64,000 bases of DNA from the NCBI GenBank assembly GCA_028534125.1, contig CM052824.1:42718001-42782000 (forward strand), read 5' to 3'. Below are positions 12,510 through 25,760 of the stretch, piece after piece. Positions within the stretch are counted from its first letter, which is position 1; the number at the start of each line of letters is the position of its first letter. The position numbers and the translations under genes were made by a program. The DNA comes from Lama glama (taxonomy: Eukaryota). The notes below the pieces were generated by a model, which worked only from the letters and a program-made list of their open reading frames with translations, was not told where the DNA came from and did no database searches.

Positions 12510-12700
12510 TTTGGGGATTAAATCACGGCTCTGTTTCTCACTAGCTGTGTGACATCAAGCAAGTTGCTTGACCTCTCTGAGCCTGAGTTCCCCATCTGTA
12601 AAATAAAGGTTAGGATGTTATTAACCTCATAGGGTTGTGAGAATCAAATGAGATGATGCATGTAGAGTGTTGACACTTAGTAGGTGTTCAGTACACAGTA
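12510..12700 (+). mobile_element. MIR SINE
   Basis: ctagctgtgtgac...gcaagttgcttgacctctctgagcctgagttccccatctgtaaaat...acctcatagggttgtgag. Confidence 0.85.
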
Positions 12701-13909
12701 CCCTGGGCTAGGAGAGGTTACCTCTACCCCAGAAAAGGGCCAAGGGGCTAGGGTTCCCTGTGGTCTCTCCATCCTCCCTCCTCCCTCCCATCAGCTGAGG
12801 GGTGCTGGCAAGATGTGGGGGGAAACCTTCTAGAAGGAGACATCATAAAGCATGAAGCTCAGGGACCTACTCTGGGACCCCCTGGGATTCTTTGTCTACT
12901 CTGTCTACTGGATGGCTTCCAGAAGCTTCTAGACTATTTAATTTGTGTGTGACTTACATAAATCTAAATATTAAGGCAAAGACTTAACGTCAGGCACCCA
13001 TCAAGAGGATACAGAACAATCAGATGCAGTCAGCCAGGGTTAGGATGAAATGTGACCCTCAGAGGCGGGGCCGGGGCCCAGCCTGGGCTGTGGGGGGCTC
13101 TGTTTGAGAGAGGAGGTTCTATTCCTGGCTCCTCCTCCCTTCACCTGTTGTGTGACCTCAGCAGGGTCACTTCACCTCCCTGACCCTTGGGGTCCTCACC
13201 TGAGAAGCTGGGAGTTGAAAATGTCCTCTCAGGAGATAGGAGTTAAATGACACAAGACAGGACAGAGCCAAGTGCTGGGTCACCCGTGGGCAGGGCTCCA
13301 TGAATCAGACCCCTTGGTGAGGGCAGCAGCAGAACTCAGATTTAGCCCTGCCCCTTGAATTTCTCGCCGTGGGCAGGAAGGACCCCCATCACCCAGAGAA
13401 AGACAGAGGGGCCTCCCCAAAGGTCCCATGGACCAAGGCCAGACCAGCACGAGCAGATGAAGAAAGCGGGGCTGAAGATGTAGAAAAACCAACATACAAA
13501 CCTACATATATTCAGTGTTCCCAGACCTCCCTGCCAGCCCACCTCCCACCTGCACACATACCTCCTCCTGGCATCTGGCTCCAGGCCTGTGGAGTTAAAT
13601 GAGACACAGCATGGGAAGAGCTTAGCTGAGAGCCAGGCACAAGGTCAATGCTCAGTGCAGAGCAGCCTTTACTCTGTTGGAAACAGATAAGGGTTTGGGA
13701 AAGAGGCAGAGGACCTGAGTTCAAATCCAGGCTTCAGCCCTTCCTTGTTTAACCGCTCTGGGCCTGTTTCCTCATATGTGAAATAGGGAAAACATAACTT
13801 CACTTTTTGGCATGGGATGGGGGTGGGGGAAGAACCAGAGATGGAGGGAACCAATCAGACCCTGAAGAGCCAAGGCCAGCTCCACCCTTCCACGTGATAA
13901 CTGCTGGTC

Positions 13910-13950
13910 CCCTCCTCCTCCTCCTCCTCCTCCTTTCTCTCCTCCTTTTC
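13910..13950. repeat. (CTC)n microsatellite
   Basis: cctcctcctcctcctcctcctcc. Confidence 0.85.
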
Positions 13951-14929
13951 TTGTCCTCCTCCATCTCCACTTTGGTGTTGCGGTCAGATGAAGGATGGGG
14001 CTGCGAAGACGTGCAGAGATGGAGTCCCAGTCACAGCTTCGGTCCAGTGTTAGATGCCTCAGTTCCCTGCCAAGTGTTGTTCAGGCTCTGGGGACCCCCC
14101 TAGTGATGGGGAGCCCCCCACTCCTGGACTGGGTGGCAAGAATCCCAGGGCACCAGAGGACATGAGGCAGGGAGACCTGAGCTACCCCTGTCTCCAGGCA
14201 CCGGCCCTGCAGGGTGCAGCTGGCCCAGGGCCACATCCTGAGAGGTGCCCCCAGCATCGCAGGAGTGACTTTCCCCCAGTAACCCTAGCTTCTATGGGAG
14301 AGAGGATCTGTGTATAAGACAGACAGTCATAAAAATAAAAGAAAAAAAGAAAAAGAAACTCTAAAATCTCCTGGGAGAAAACAGTTTTTCAACTTCTCTT
14401 TGAGTCATTTGAAAAAAAAAATTAAGCTGTAAACACAGTGGCTCTTTAAATATTAATCCAGGGAGTGAAGGAGCCCTGAGCCCATGGCCTGCAAGGCAGG
14501 GCCTGGCATGCAGGGACCTCAGCCCCCTGCTGTGATGTCCAGAGAAGGGCAGAGGGCAGCACCGCGTGGAGAGAACCCTCTGCTCTGGGAGTTGCCTCCA
14601 GCTCTGCCTGATTTTGCTGTGTGGCCTTGGGAAATCCCACTCCTTCTCTGGGCCTCCTCTCTTCCTTGTCCCTTAGGGATGCATCCCTTAGGTACAGGGG
14701 AGGTTATGGAAAAGATACTGTGAAAAAAGACAAGAAGAGACTTCTTACACTTGGAAGGTAAGAAAGAAAGAAACCAAGGAGGGTTGGCCCTGGTCACCAT
14801 GACCTCCCCTTAAACCTGACTCCCGGGGCCTGACTGCACTGGAGCCTCCATCCTCCCCCGGGAACCCTGGCAGTGTCCCCGACCCTCTCGCTCCCTCTGG
14901 GTTTTTCCATTCCCCTCAACTCTCCACCC

Positions 14930-16012
14930 AGCTTCAGCGACCAGTGACCACCACTCAGGCCCTGGATTCACCTCCACCTCCCACCGCAGGGTCTTTGCAC
15001 ACGCTATTCCCTCCACCTGGGGACTTCCTCCCTGCCTCCCCAGAGTTTCCCCTTCTTACTCCTCAGATCTCGGTGCAGGTGTCCCCTCCTCCACCTTCCT
15101 GACAAGGTCAAACCCCGGCACAGGCTTCCCGAGCCCTGGGAACCTCGTCCTGGGCATGCTGGTCACAGGGTAGGTTCCAGGTCGTTTGGGGGCATCTGTG
15201 CCCCCACTGGGTGTGAGCTCCAGGCCACAGAGTGTCATTGTTCTGTTCACCTCTGTCGACCCCAGAACAGGGCTTGGCACATCGTAGGTGCTCAGTGAGC
15301 ACCGCGGGAGGAGGGCACGGAGGGAGAAGCGCTGGTGGAGTCACTCTGCTCTGAGAAGGCGCCTCAGAAACAGAAAACAGCGACACAAGGACAAGAGGGA
15401 GGGCGGGGGACTTGGGGCTCTGTCTCCAGCTAGGAGCCCCTGAGGCCGCATCAGGGGACAGAGGATGAGAGTCGCTCTGGGAAGCTCCGGGGGGAGGCCC
15501 GAGAGGCGGGAGGGACAGGACGGACACTTGGTCTCCCCAGAGGAATACTGTCTCCCACTCAAGGCTCCTGTCTTGAGAGGATCCACCACTTTGACCATGT
15601 CCCTCCCCGACTCCCAAACCACCCATGGCTCCCAGCACAGGCCTGATCAACCCACGTCCCTGCCTCACCTCCCTCCATTTGACCCCACAGGCCCTGGGCC
15701 TCAGGCCCACAGACTGTCCCCTGGTCCCTAATCCACCACACTCTTCAGCTCAAGTGTCACCTCCTCCAGGAGGCCTTCTCTGATTCCCTTTGGTGTTTGT
15801 CCCTCCTCTCTTCCCAGATAACCCAGCTTCTGTCCCTCTCACAGAGCTTGTTGCCATCTCATCCCCGGGCCGTGAGCTGCTGGAGGTGACAAGAGGTTTT
15901 ATTCTCTCTCCCTGATGCCTGGAACATGGCCCAGCACACAGTAGCTCTCAAAGTGGGCTGGACGGATGAGTGACTGAATGAATGAATGAGTGAATGGATG
16001 GATAAATATTTG
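14930..16012 (+). mobile_element. Two or more L2 3' fragments ending in a (GAAT)n tail
   Basis: ggtctttgcacacgctattccctccacctgg; gggcttggcacatcgtaggtgctcagtg; tgaatgaatgaatgagtgaatggatggataaatatttg; non-L2 sequence may lie between the fragments. Confidence 0.6.
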
Positions 16013-16014
16013 TA

Positions 16015-16220
16015 GCCTCTATTCATTCAGGACCCACGTGTACCAGGCACCGTGCTTACATTTTATAGGCACCGTTTCATTTACTCCTCCCTGCAACCCC
16101 TTGTAGAGTGCCTGATGTACGCCCATAATGAAAATGGGGAAACTGAGGCTCAGGGGTTGGGTTCCCTCACCCAAGGTCACACAGCGAGTTAGCTGAGGCA
16201 GTTGAACCCTTCCTGCTCAG
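16015..16220 (-). mobile_element. MIR SINE
   Basis: atggggaaactgaggctcagg...cccaaggtcacacagc. Confidence 0.75.
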
Positions 16221-17620
16221 CTCCACCTGATGTCTCTCGATCTCCTGAGCTGAGCCCATCTTTCTAGGTCACATCCAGGGCATCCCTGCCGATCCCTCCA
16301 CTCACTGAGGACCCACGATGGCTGCTTTGGCTGAAAATCATGATCACAGACATCCAGCCTCAGTTCTAGAGCAACAAAGAAGAACCTGCCTTTTCCCAGT
16401 GCGTGTGCAGGGATGAGCGTGTCTGCCCAGGGAGACCCCTGCCTAAGTGACAGTTGTATCCATGGGAGACCCCTCAGTCCTGCCCACAGACACTTTCCAC
16501 ACTCATTATTAGCAGGGACCCTGCTTCTCTCCCCTTCTGGGGCTGGCGGCCCTCCCAGGCCCACGCGGATGCTGGCAGTTCCCTCTCCGCTGCTCCGGCA
16601 TCATCACCTATCGATCATGATGACTGAGTGTCTAATGTCAGGGTCATTTGTGTATCTCCAAGGAGCAGAGGCCACGGGCTGTTCAAATCCCAGAGATTCT
16701 GGGGAGGGGAGGGAAATATCCAAATGAAAAGCAGAGGGAGTGAAGAGGAAATAGGACGTGCCAGGGAGATTAATCCGCTGCTCAGACATGAAAGAAATAC
16801 ATTCAATTATGTTTTATTGCATTTCATTTGAATGTACGCATCGTAGTTCGCTGCCTGCAAGCCTCGGATTACCCAGAGAGAGAGCACAATGAAATTTGAG
16901 AAAATAAAAACACAGACAGAACAGGCTCCTGAAATTGGAACCAATAAGACTGAGAAATAAAAGTCAGACTTGAGACAAAAGCAGCTACTTGGCACCAAGT
17001 CCCTCTCAGCACAGGCCCCAGGTCCCCATGGCTGCAGCCCAGAACCAGGAACCTTCAGCTAGATTGTTCTGATCCCCAGCATCAGGGAAAGACTCCTGAC
17101 AGAGTCAAAAGACCCAGGCTACCACCTTGAACCTGCCCCAACATGCTGTGTGACTTTGGGCAGGTCACTGTCCCTCTCTGAGCCTCATTCCCCAGGGGAG
17201 AAATGAGATGCCTGAACCAGATGCCCTTAAAGAATATGGGGAGCAAGAAGAAATCCCACAGGACCGGATACAGGTTAAAAGTAACCCCAGAGACATCCTT
17301 GGGGGCTGTGATCTCCCCAGAAGAGCCCTTTGGTGACCCTGTGCCAAAAGGTATGTCAGGTCAGCCAGACTGGACACAGTGTGGGAGGGAGGGATGGGCC
17401 CCTGGTGCCTCCCACCTCCCTTACCTCACCTTCTGTCTCCCCCATGAGTCCAGCCCTGTGCTCTGTCTTTCCACCATCAAAACTGCTCCCAGAAAAGGCC
17501 TTGGAAATCCTGCAGGTATCTGGTCCCCCAGGACGGCATCATCCACTTGCTAAGAAATGGGTACTAAGATTCTCAGGCATAAGAGAGAGAGTACTTTGGC
17601 AGAAGGGGAACATCCAGCTT

Positions 17621-18120
17621 NNNNNNNNNNNNNNNNNNNNNNNNNNNNNNNNNNNNNNNNNNNNNNNNNNNNNNNNNNNNNNNNNNNNNNNNNNNNNNNN
17701 NNNNNNNNNNNNNNNNNNNNNNNNNNNNNNNNNNNNNNNNNNNNNNNNNNNNNNNNNNNNNNNNNNNNNNNNNNNNNNNNNNNNNNNNNNNNNNNNNNNN
17801 NNNNNNNNNNNNNNNNNNNNNNNNNNNNNNNNNNNNNNNNNNNNNNNNNNNNNNNNNNNNNNNNNNNNNNNNNNNNNNNNNNNNNNNNNNNNNNNNNNNN
17901 NNNNNNNNNNNNNNNNNNNNNNNNNNNNNNNNNNNNNNNNNNNNNNNNNNNNNNNNNNNNNNNNNNNNNNNNNNNNNNNNNNNNNNNNNNNNNNNNNNNN
18001 NNNNNNNNNNNNNNNNNNNNNNNNNNNNNNNNNNNNNNNNNNNNNNNNNNNNNNNNNNNNNNNNNNNNNNNNNNNNNNNNNNNNNNNNNNNNNNNNNNNN
18101 NNNNNNNNNNNNNNNNNNNN
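17621..18120. other. Assembly gap (500 N)
   Basis: Run of N. Confidence 0.99.
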
Positions 18121-20310
18121 TGTTAAGTAACTGAAAAAGAGAAACCATACAATCACCACAATAGATGCCAAAAATAAAATTGATAAAATCCAATATTAAT
18201 TAGTTATAAAAAAAGATCAGCAAACTAGGAACATAGAGAAACTTCCTCAACCTGATAAAGAGCATTTATGAAGCACCTACAGTTAACATCATTCTTAGCA
18301 GTGAAATATTATTAAGATAAAGAACCAGACTGAAATACCTGCTCTCACCTCTTCTGAACAAATGTGTTTTAGAGGTTCTGCCAGGGACAATAAGGCAAGA
18401 ACAAGAAATTAAGACAAGGAACTGGAAAGGAAGAAGTAAAACTGTCTCTGTTCATAGACATGATTGCCTATGTAGAAAATCTAATAAAATCTACAATAAA
18501 AGTTACTAGAATAAATAAGTATGTTTAGAAATGTTGCAGAATAAAAGATCTTTATGCAAAAATTATGTTTCTATATAGTAGCAATGAAAATCAGAAATCA
18601 AAATTTTAAAACACTATTTACAATAGCATCAAAAATACGAAATACTTAGGGATAAATCTGACAAAAGATGTGCTGGATCCAAACTCTGAAAACGCCAAAA
18701 TATTGCTGAGAGAAGATGAAGAGAACTTAAATGAATAGAGAGAAACTCCATATTCTTGGTTGGAAAATGTCAATTCTCCCCAAATTGATGGATAGATTCA
18801 ATGCAATAACAAGCAAAATCCTAACAGTTTTTTTTTTAATAGAAAATGGCAAATTGATTTTGAAAATTATACAGAAATGCAAGGGGTATAGAATGGCCAA
18901 AAAGAAGAAAAAAGTTGTAGGACTAATACTATCTGATTTCAACATTTATTGTAAGGCTAGAGTAATTAAAATAGTGTGGTGTCAATAAAGGAAGATAAGT
19001 TGATCAGTGGAACAGAAATCTAGATACAGACTCACATCTACATGGACAATTTATTTTTGACAAAAGTGCAAAAGCAATTCAGTGGAAAGAGGATAGTCTT
19101 TTCAACAATTGGATGTCCATGTGCAAAAAAGAAAAATCTGAATTTATATCTCACACCATATACAAAATGTAGCTCAATATTTATTGTAGACCTAAATTCA
19201 AGACCCAAATTCAAAACCTCGGTCTATAAAGAGTTCTACAAAAAAATAGAGGAGAAAATATTTATGACCTTAGGTTAGGCGAGGATTTCTTAGATATGAC
19301 ACCAACAGTGCACCTTAAAGGAAGAGACTGATAGATTGGACTTCATCAACATTTAAAACTTCTGCTCTTCTAAAGAGAATAAAAAGGTAAGCCACAAACT
19401 AGGAGAAAATAGCTGCAACTTATATTAATAAAAGACTTGTATTCAAGCTACATAAAAATTCTGAAAAATCAATAAGAAAAGTAACCACTTAATAAAAAAT
19501 GGCCAAAGATTTGATCAAAAATTTCACTCAAAAAAAGACAAACACGGATGGCAAATAAGCAAATGACAAAATTTTCAATGTCACTCAACATCAGGGAAAT
19601 GCAAATTAAAACCATAATGAGATACCACTACACACCCATTAAAATGGCTGAAATGCAAAAGTCTCACCGTACCAAGTGCTGGTGAGGATGTAGAGCAGCT
19701 GCAATTTATTTACTGATGTCCTGTACTGCTTTGGAAAACAGTATGCTGTGTCTTAAACACTTAAACATATACCTACCATATGATCCAGTCATCCACTCTT
19801 TAGTATTTGTCCCAGAGAAAGCATATATCCACACAAAAGCTTGTGTACAAATGTTCATGGCAGTTTTATTTGTAATTTGCCAAGACCTGGAAACAACTCA
19901 AAAGTCCCTCAGCAGGTGAAGAAATAAACAAATTGTTGTATATCCATGCGGCAGGATACCATTCAACATTACAAAGAAAGGAAGTCCTGATTTGTACAAC
20001 AACGGAGATGAATCTCAAAATAACCATGCTGAGTACAGACTCTGCATGATTCCATTGCTGTGAAACTGTAAATGAAATCGAATCTGTAGTGCCGGCACGC
20101 AGATCAGCAGAGGGGGCAGTGGAGAGGGACGGGATGATGGGCGGGCCAAGGGGGCACGAGGAAAGTTAAGGATTTGGATGTGTTCCTTATCATGACTGTG
20201 GGGACGTTTTCATGGGTGTATAGCTGCGTCAAACTCATCCAATTGCACACTTCAAAAAGGGAAGTTTATTGCACGTCATTATACCTCAATAAAAGCTGTT
20301 AAAATATGTT
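18121..20310 (+). mobile_element. Ancient L1M LINE-1: degraded ORF2 3' half plus 3' UTR
   Basis: ORF 18731-18988 reads as L1 ORF2 (MSILPKLMDRFNAI...KLILK...LSDFNIYCKARVIKIVW); many stops and frameshifts; ends tatacctcaataaaagctgttaaaa. Confidence 0.92.
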
Positions 20311-21079
20311 AATAAAAATGGAAGAGAGGAGTAACTCCAGCCATCAGCTGCCTTCCATGGGTTGGTTTTGCTGTACTCTGCACCCCTGCACTGCCCTGGC
20401 TTGGGGTTTCCTGGCTGGCGCGTGGCCATCTCTTGCTCCGCCTTGTAGACGGGCACACCCAGCCTGCACCAGCTCTCCTTCTGGGAAAATCACTTCAAGT
20501 TCAACCAGTGTGATTAGGGAGGAGGCGGGGGAGAGGGGACAGGCCAAGACAGTACTCCCCGCCACCACCGCACTGGGGACACGGGAGCCTCAGGAAGCAG
20601 GCTGGCAGTGGGTGACAAGTGTCCTCTTACTGCTCACTCATGCCTTACGATTTCATACAGTTTTGACATTTCTCCAGCTGAGCCAGCCTCCAGCTGCATG
20701 AAATCAGGCAGATAAAAGCCGGAGTAAAGGGCACCGAGACCTTGGCTCCCTTTCATTTGGCTGCCGGCTCGCCAGGGCCCAGCTGGCAGGACCACTGGGA
20801 CTGAGAGCGAGAAGAGAGGAAGAAGGAGGGAGAATTCCCTGAAATCCTGAAATCGGCCCCTTTGAGAGTCACGTGGTTCTGCTGCTGTCCTTGCACAAAA
20901 GGGGGACATCGGGGGCCCATCCAGCCGTGCAGAGGAGACCCCGGCCCAGGGCAGTGGATTCTGCTCAGCTCCCTGCACTGAACACCTACTGTGTGCCAGG
21001 CCAGGGTGGGCCCCGGGGACACCATCACAATGATGATAGTAAATCCCACACCTTCGTGCTCTCGGCGCCGGCTCTGTGC

Positions 21080-21303
21080 TCACGGCTCCACTCCAGTGGC
21101 ACCCACCCAGGGGACAGCTGGTAACGCCCAGAGACATTTCTGGTTTTCACACCTGGGGGCAGGTGGGGAGGGCTACTGGCATCGTGGACAGAGGCCAAGG
21201 ATGCTGTACCTATCCTACAATGAGGAGGGCAATACATAGCACAGCCCCCCAACAGGGAACTATCTGATCCAAATGGTGATAGGGCCAAGGTTGAGGACCC
21301 CAG
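21080..21303 (+). mobile_element. MER20 (hAT-Charlie) DNA transposon inserted into a MIR
   Basis: cagggacagctggtaacgcccagagacatttctggttttcac...gctactggcatc...gaggccaaggatgctg...gccaaggttgagga; MIR antisense pieces on both sides (about 20975-21005 and 21310-21490). Confidence 0.8.
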
Positions 21304-24193
21304 ATCTGGATTCATTTCTCATTTCAGCCTCACAGCTGTCCTTTGAAGTAGGGTTATTATCCTTCCCATTTTACAGAAAAGGCAACTGAGACCCATGGAG
21401 GCTACGTAAGTCATCCATCGTGACACCTCTGTGGAAAGGCGGAAGCAGGACTTGAACCAGGTCTGTCTGTGCCCAGAGTCTACACCCTGACCCCCTGCAT
21501 GGGGCTGCACCCTTAGCACACCATACAGAATCCTCCAGGAGCCTGGGTCCCGAGTTCAAGTCTCCGTGGAGCCTGATGGAGCAATTGGGGAGTCATTAGA
21601 CCTCTCCAAATTGGGAGCACTTTACTTTGTAAACTGGGCCCTTCATCCACGGCCTGGATGAGCATGGGGTGTGTGAACAGCCTCCCAACTTGTGAAAATG
21701 TTGGGGAAACAGAAGGGATCTTACATTCACTCATTTATTTACCAAGTATCCTTGGGTGTCTACTCTGTGCTTGACCTTGCACTAGGCACCGGACAACCAG
21801 TGAATAAGACACAGAGTCCCTGCTTTTGGGGCATTTAGGTTCCGAAAGGAACCTGGAGTCAGGTGGGGCCTCAAGTCCCAGCTTTGCTCCTCACAAGCCG
21901 CCAGCCCCTGGGCACTTTCCACCCGAGGGTCTCCCCTCCCCTGTAGGATGTGAGAGCACCCTCACCCCCTCCAAGGCTGTGATTGGCGATCAGATGAGAA
22001 AACAGGTGTAAGGCTCTCGGCGCAGACTGGGCGCTTAACAAGGGTGCAATGAACATTGTTTTTATTATCAAGGATGATGACACCACTGCTTGAATAAAAC
22101 GTTAAGCTGGGGTTGTAATTTCCTTCTCTTTTGAGACTTCTGCCCCCTGTTAGCATCCATTCATTTATTCCCTTCTTTCCCTCAGGGCCTTCCAGGGATG
22201 GGACCACCACGCCCCCAGCCTTAGCCGACTGGACCAGGACTGGACACCTGCCCCAGGCCAGACCAACCAGACCAACCAGGCTTTGATTTGGCCTGAGAGA
22301 CCTTGGCCAGTCCTTGCTGGTGGCTAGCGCAGGAGACAGACTCTGGCTCCATGGCCCACGTAGACAGGAGAGAAAGAAGGCTGGGCTGCAGAAGGAGGGC
22401 ATAGAGCGGGGATGACAGGAAGGGGGTCTGGCCATCTTTTCTCCTAGGCCCTGCTGCCCCCTCCCTCCCCACCAGGTCCCTGTGCTGCCTTCCCCCTCCT
22501 CCCCATTTGAGCAATTGGTTCCCAGCTCTGACTTAACCCAGCCCAAGTCTCCTGACCCTCCTGTTTCCCTAGAAACCACATCAGTGCCCTCCCCTCCCCA
22601 CAGCTGCTCTGCATCCCTCTGGGCCGCACACCCACATTGTGTCTTCTCTGGGGCCTGAGCTGGACCCCGAGCTGCCCAAGGGCCTGGGTCCTGGCGGGTC
22701 CTCAGCCAGTTTCCTGAAGGAAGGAGTGAATGCATGAGGGAAGGAGAATGGAACCAGAGGGAGGAGCCGGCCCGAGGGGTGGACAGACTTGCATTTGATG
22801 CTGGCTCCACTGCTCTGGCCTCCCTGCGCATCTGCCTCCCGCCGCCCGCAGCATGGGGAGGCGGGAGAACTGCAGGTGACCTGGGGAAGCTGCCCAGCAT
22901 ATGACAGCACCCAGTCAGGGCCATCTGAGGTGACATTGGTGGTCTTAACTTTTTCAAAATGTCTTTGCACTTTCCTCAGAGATTGCCAATCTAGCCTCAG
23001 CTTCCTTCTTCTTCCTAAACATCTTGCAATGCCCCACTCCTGGAGCCGTCTCTTCTGGGGACAGGAAACAGGAGTGCCCCCACCATTGTCAGAGGCTGTG
23101 GAGGAAAAGGGTGGGTTTAGACATAGCTGCGTGGATTCTTGGTTGGCTGTGAACGTGGACCTAATCACCCAGAGCGGGAAGCGGCATCCCAGCCTGGAGC
23201 CCCTGGGATCTGCCCCCTTCCCCCAACTGACGGGAAGAAGTGGCAAGGTGGGAGAAGAGGGGACACCTTCAGCATCTGCCCCAGGAGGTGCTCAGCCAAT
23301 GGATGGTTGACAGGTAGGGAAAGGGAGGGCCCCAGAGGAGAGGCTCAGCACCCGCTGAGGGGGCAGGGGTGGCCTCAGGTCCCTGCCCGTGTGGGAACCT
23401 CACTACTTACAGCTCTGGGGATGAAGGTAACCCTCTTCTGGCTGCAGAGAGAGCACAGCCCTTTAATGTAATGGGTTGGGCTTTTTCAACATTTCTAGCA
23501 GCTCATCGACTTGAGAAACATATTAACTATAAATTGTTAAAATTCTATGTATCTAAATCTGGCCTTTTCTGATGCTCAGATTTCAGCCCCACATCATGGA
23601 CCTGCCCCCGGCCCTCCATCTAATCAGCCAGGCTCAGAGGCCCTGACTCTCTCCTCTCAGGCTCACGGACTGGCCCTGAGAGGTGACTGGACGGGGCCCC
23701 TTGCTCTCCGTCCTCTGACACCAAAGGCTCTGAGCGCTCATCTGGGAGGGAAGAGGGCTGATGCAGAGAGTGGCTGGACCAGCTCCCAGTCTGGAGCCTT
23801 GGGCGGGTCGCTTCCCCTCCTTGGGCCTCGGCATCCTCATTTCCTCACCTCTGGAAAGGAGTTGACGGCTTCAGTGGGCGATGGGACAAAGTGAGAGGTG
23901 GCAGCCCAGAGCAGTCACTCCTTCGTGCCCACAGCTCCACCCTGCGAAGACAGAGCAGCGTGGAGAATCGTGTGGAATATTTTAGCTACAAGTGGTGGGA
24001 AAGTCAACCACCAAAATCAACCTAAGCAGAAAGGGAATATGTTTTGAACACGGTAATGGAAAAGTATGTGGGTGTCCAGACCCCCGCTCTGCTCCTGCAG
24101 CCCCTCCCCCTGCCCCCTGCCCCACCCACCCAGCTTAGGGTCTTGGCACCCTCACTTGCGCAGCATCCACAGACCTTGTCACCACAACAACAG

Positions 24194-24197
<4 letters not shown>

Positions 24198-24248
<51 letters not shown>
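24198..24248. repeat. (AAT)17 perfect microsatellite at a MIR tail
   Basis: Uninterrupted aat run, followed by MIR antisense end (catttagtgagtaccaactatgtgccag). Confidence 0.95.
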
Positions 24249-24249
<1 letters not shown>

Positions 24250-24629
24250 GAAACATTTAGTGAGTACCAACTATGTGCCAGCCCTGTGATAAATGTTTTC
24301 CATGCATTATCTCATTTATCTCCTAGGGAGTAGAGATTCTGAGTTAATCTGCTGAAGATCCATTTAGTAAACAGTCAATTCATCAGAAGACCAGTTTACC
24401 AAAAATTCATTTGCCCAGTGATCTGTGAGATGCTCAGTGACAGGAGGTACATCAGCCCTGGTCTGGGCCTAGGAACCAGGCAGCGGTTTCACCAGAGAGG
24501 TGGAAACAGAGGCAGGGCAGTGGCTTCGAAAACCAGGATATAAATCTGCAAAAAAAAAGGACTTCCAGGGACTGCTGCTGAAAGGGAAGGAAGCGCATCT
24601 ATTTGATGAATTGCTTTTCTGTGAATGGA

Positions 24630-25760
24630 TTTCCTGAGATGAGGAAACTGAGGCACAGGGAACTCAGGTAACTGACCCAAGTTCACCCAGCAGGGGAGCA
24701 GGTGCTGGGAGTTAGATCCTCCCTTGTGGCTCTCAGGCTTCCTGCAACAGGGGATAGCCCTTAGACACCCACACAAGTCACCCCCCCCTCTCAGCGCCTC
24801 ATCTTCCCATGTATTTAAGAACAAGTTGGAATGGGTTGTCTCTCAGACCCTCTGAACTGCTTTCCATGAAACTGAGACTCAGAGACAACTAGCAACATGC
24901 CCAGGGCCACACAGAACATCAGCTGGATAGCAGTGCCTGCCCCAGCCCGGATTCTTAAGCCAGACTTCCCAGGTTCAAACTCTGGCTCTGACGCTTACCA
25001 CTTCCATGGTTTCGGGCAAGTCACTTACCTTCCTGTGCCTCAGTTTCCCCATCTGTTAAATAGGAATGCTAATGCAATGGACCTCAAACGGTTGCTATGA
25101 GGATTAAATGAGTTACTATGTGTGAACTCTTTAGAATAGAGCCCAGCTGGCTGACCTGAAGGAATCCGCTTTTCCTGAGAACCTCCTATATGCTCTGGGC
25201 CACACCCGGCATTTTCTGTAAATGATGCTAATGTACCTGGTTGCCATAACAAATTCACTCATTTAATTGTCACAGCATCCCCAGGGGGTAGGTACTAGCA
25301 GCATCATATTTTATAGTTCAAGAAACTGAGGCTCAGAGTGGCACTCTAACCCGAGGTCACACAGCCAGCACCTGGTGGAGTCAGGATGTGAACCCAGACA
25401 GCCTGGCTCCAGGCCCTGCCCTGCTCACCAGACCCTGTGCTGCCTCTCCCAACATGAGTTCATTCCAGTCTTACAGCAGCCGTGTGAGTTGTTAATCTTC
25501 AGCCCCATCAGAGACCACCAGGGCCCAGGCGGGTAATCACATCAGGCGCTGTTTTAACTGCCTTACAAGTTGGACTCCTTTCATCCTCACCGACATCCTG
25601 TGAGGTAAGAACTAGAGTTACCCCCATTTTACAGGTTAAGAAAACGAGGCTCAAATGAGGTAAATGACTTGGCTCAAGTCCCACAGCTGACAGCATCCAG
25701 GGGAGTTGGGATCCAGGTCTGTCTGAATCCAACGTCCAGGTTCTGTCCCCCCCGTCTGCA
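24630..25760. mobile_element. Cluster of four or more MIR SINEs in mixed orientation
   Basis: MIR cores at about 24635 (-), 24960-25140 (+), 25250-25420 (-) and 25580-25740 (-). Confidence 0.8.

Noticed and set aside
17330-18193. Long ORFs of 189-266 aa
   Set aside because: Artefacts of translating the 500-N gap; the same applies to ORFs over 1087-1186, 61280-61677 and 62441-62619
18731-19278. ORFs with real protein similarity
   Set aside because: Fragments of dead L1 ORF2, not host genes
21962-22957. 331-aa minus-strand ORF and other long ORFs (5772-6650, 36347-37183, 36549-37187)
   Set aside because: No recognisable domain; Pro/Gly/Ser/Arg/Leu-rich as expected from GC-rich or low-complexity DNA; overlapping ORFs in several frames
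24066-24260. Poly-Asn ORF
   Set aside because: Translation of the (AAT)17 microsatellite
24630-25760. Oppositely oriented MIRs as a dsRNA source
   Set aside because: Copies are too diverged from each other to form a long stem, unlike the 47-48 kb repeat
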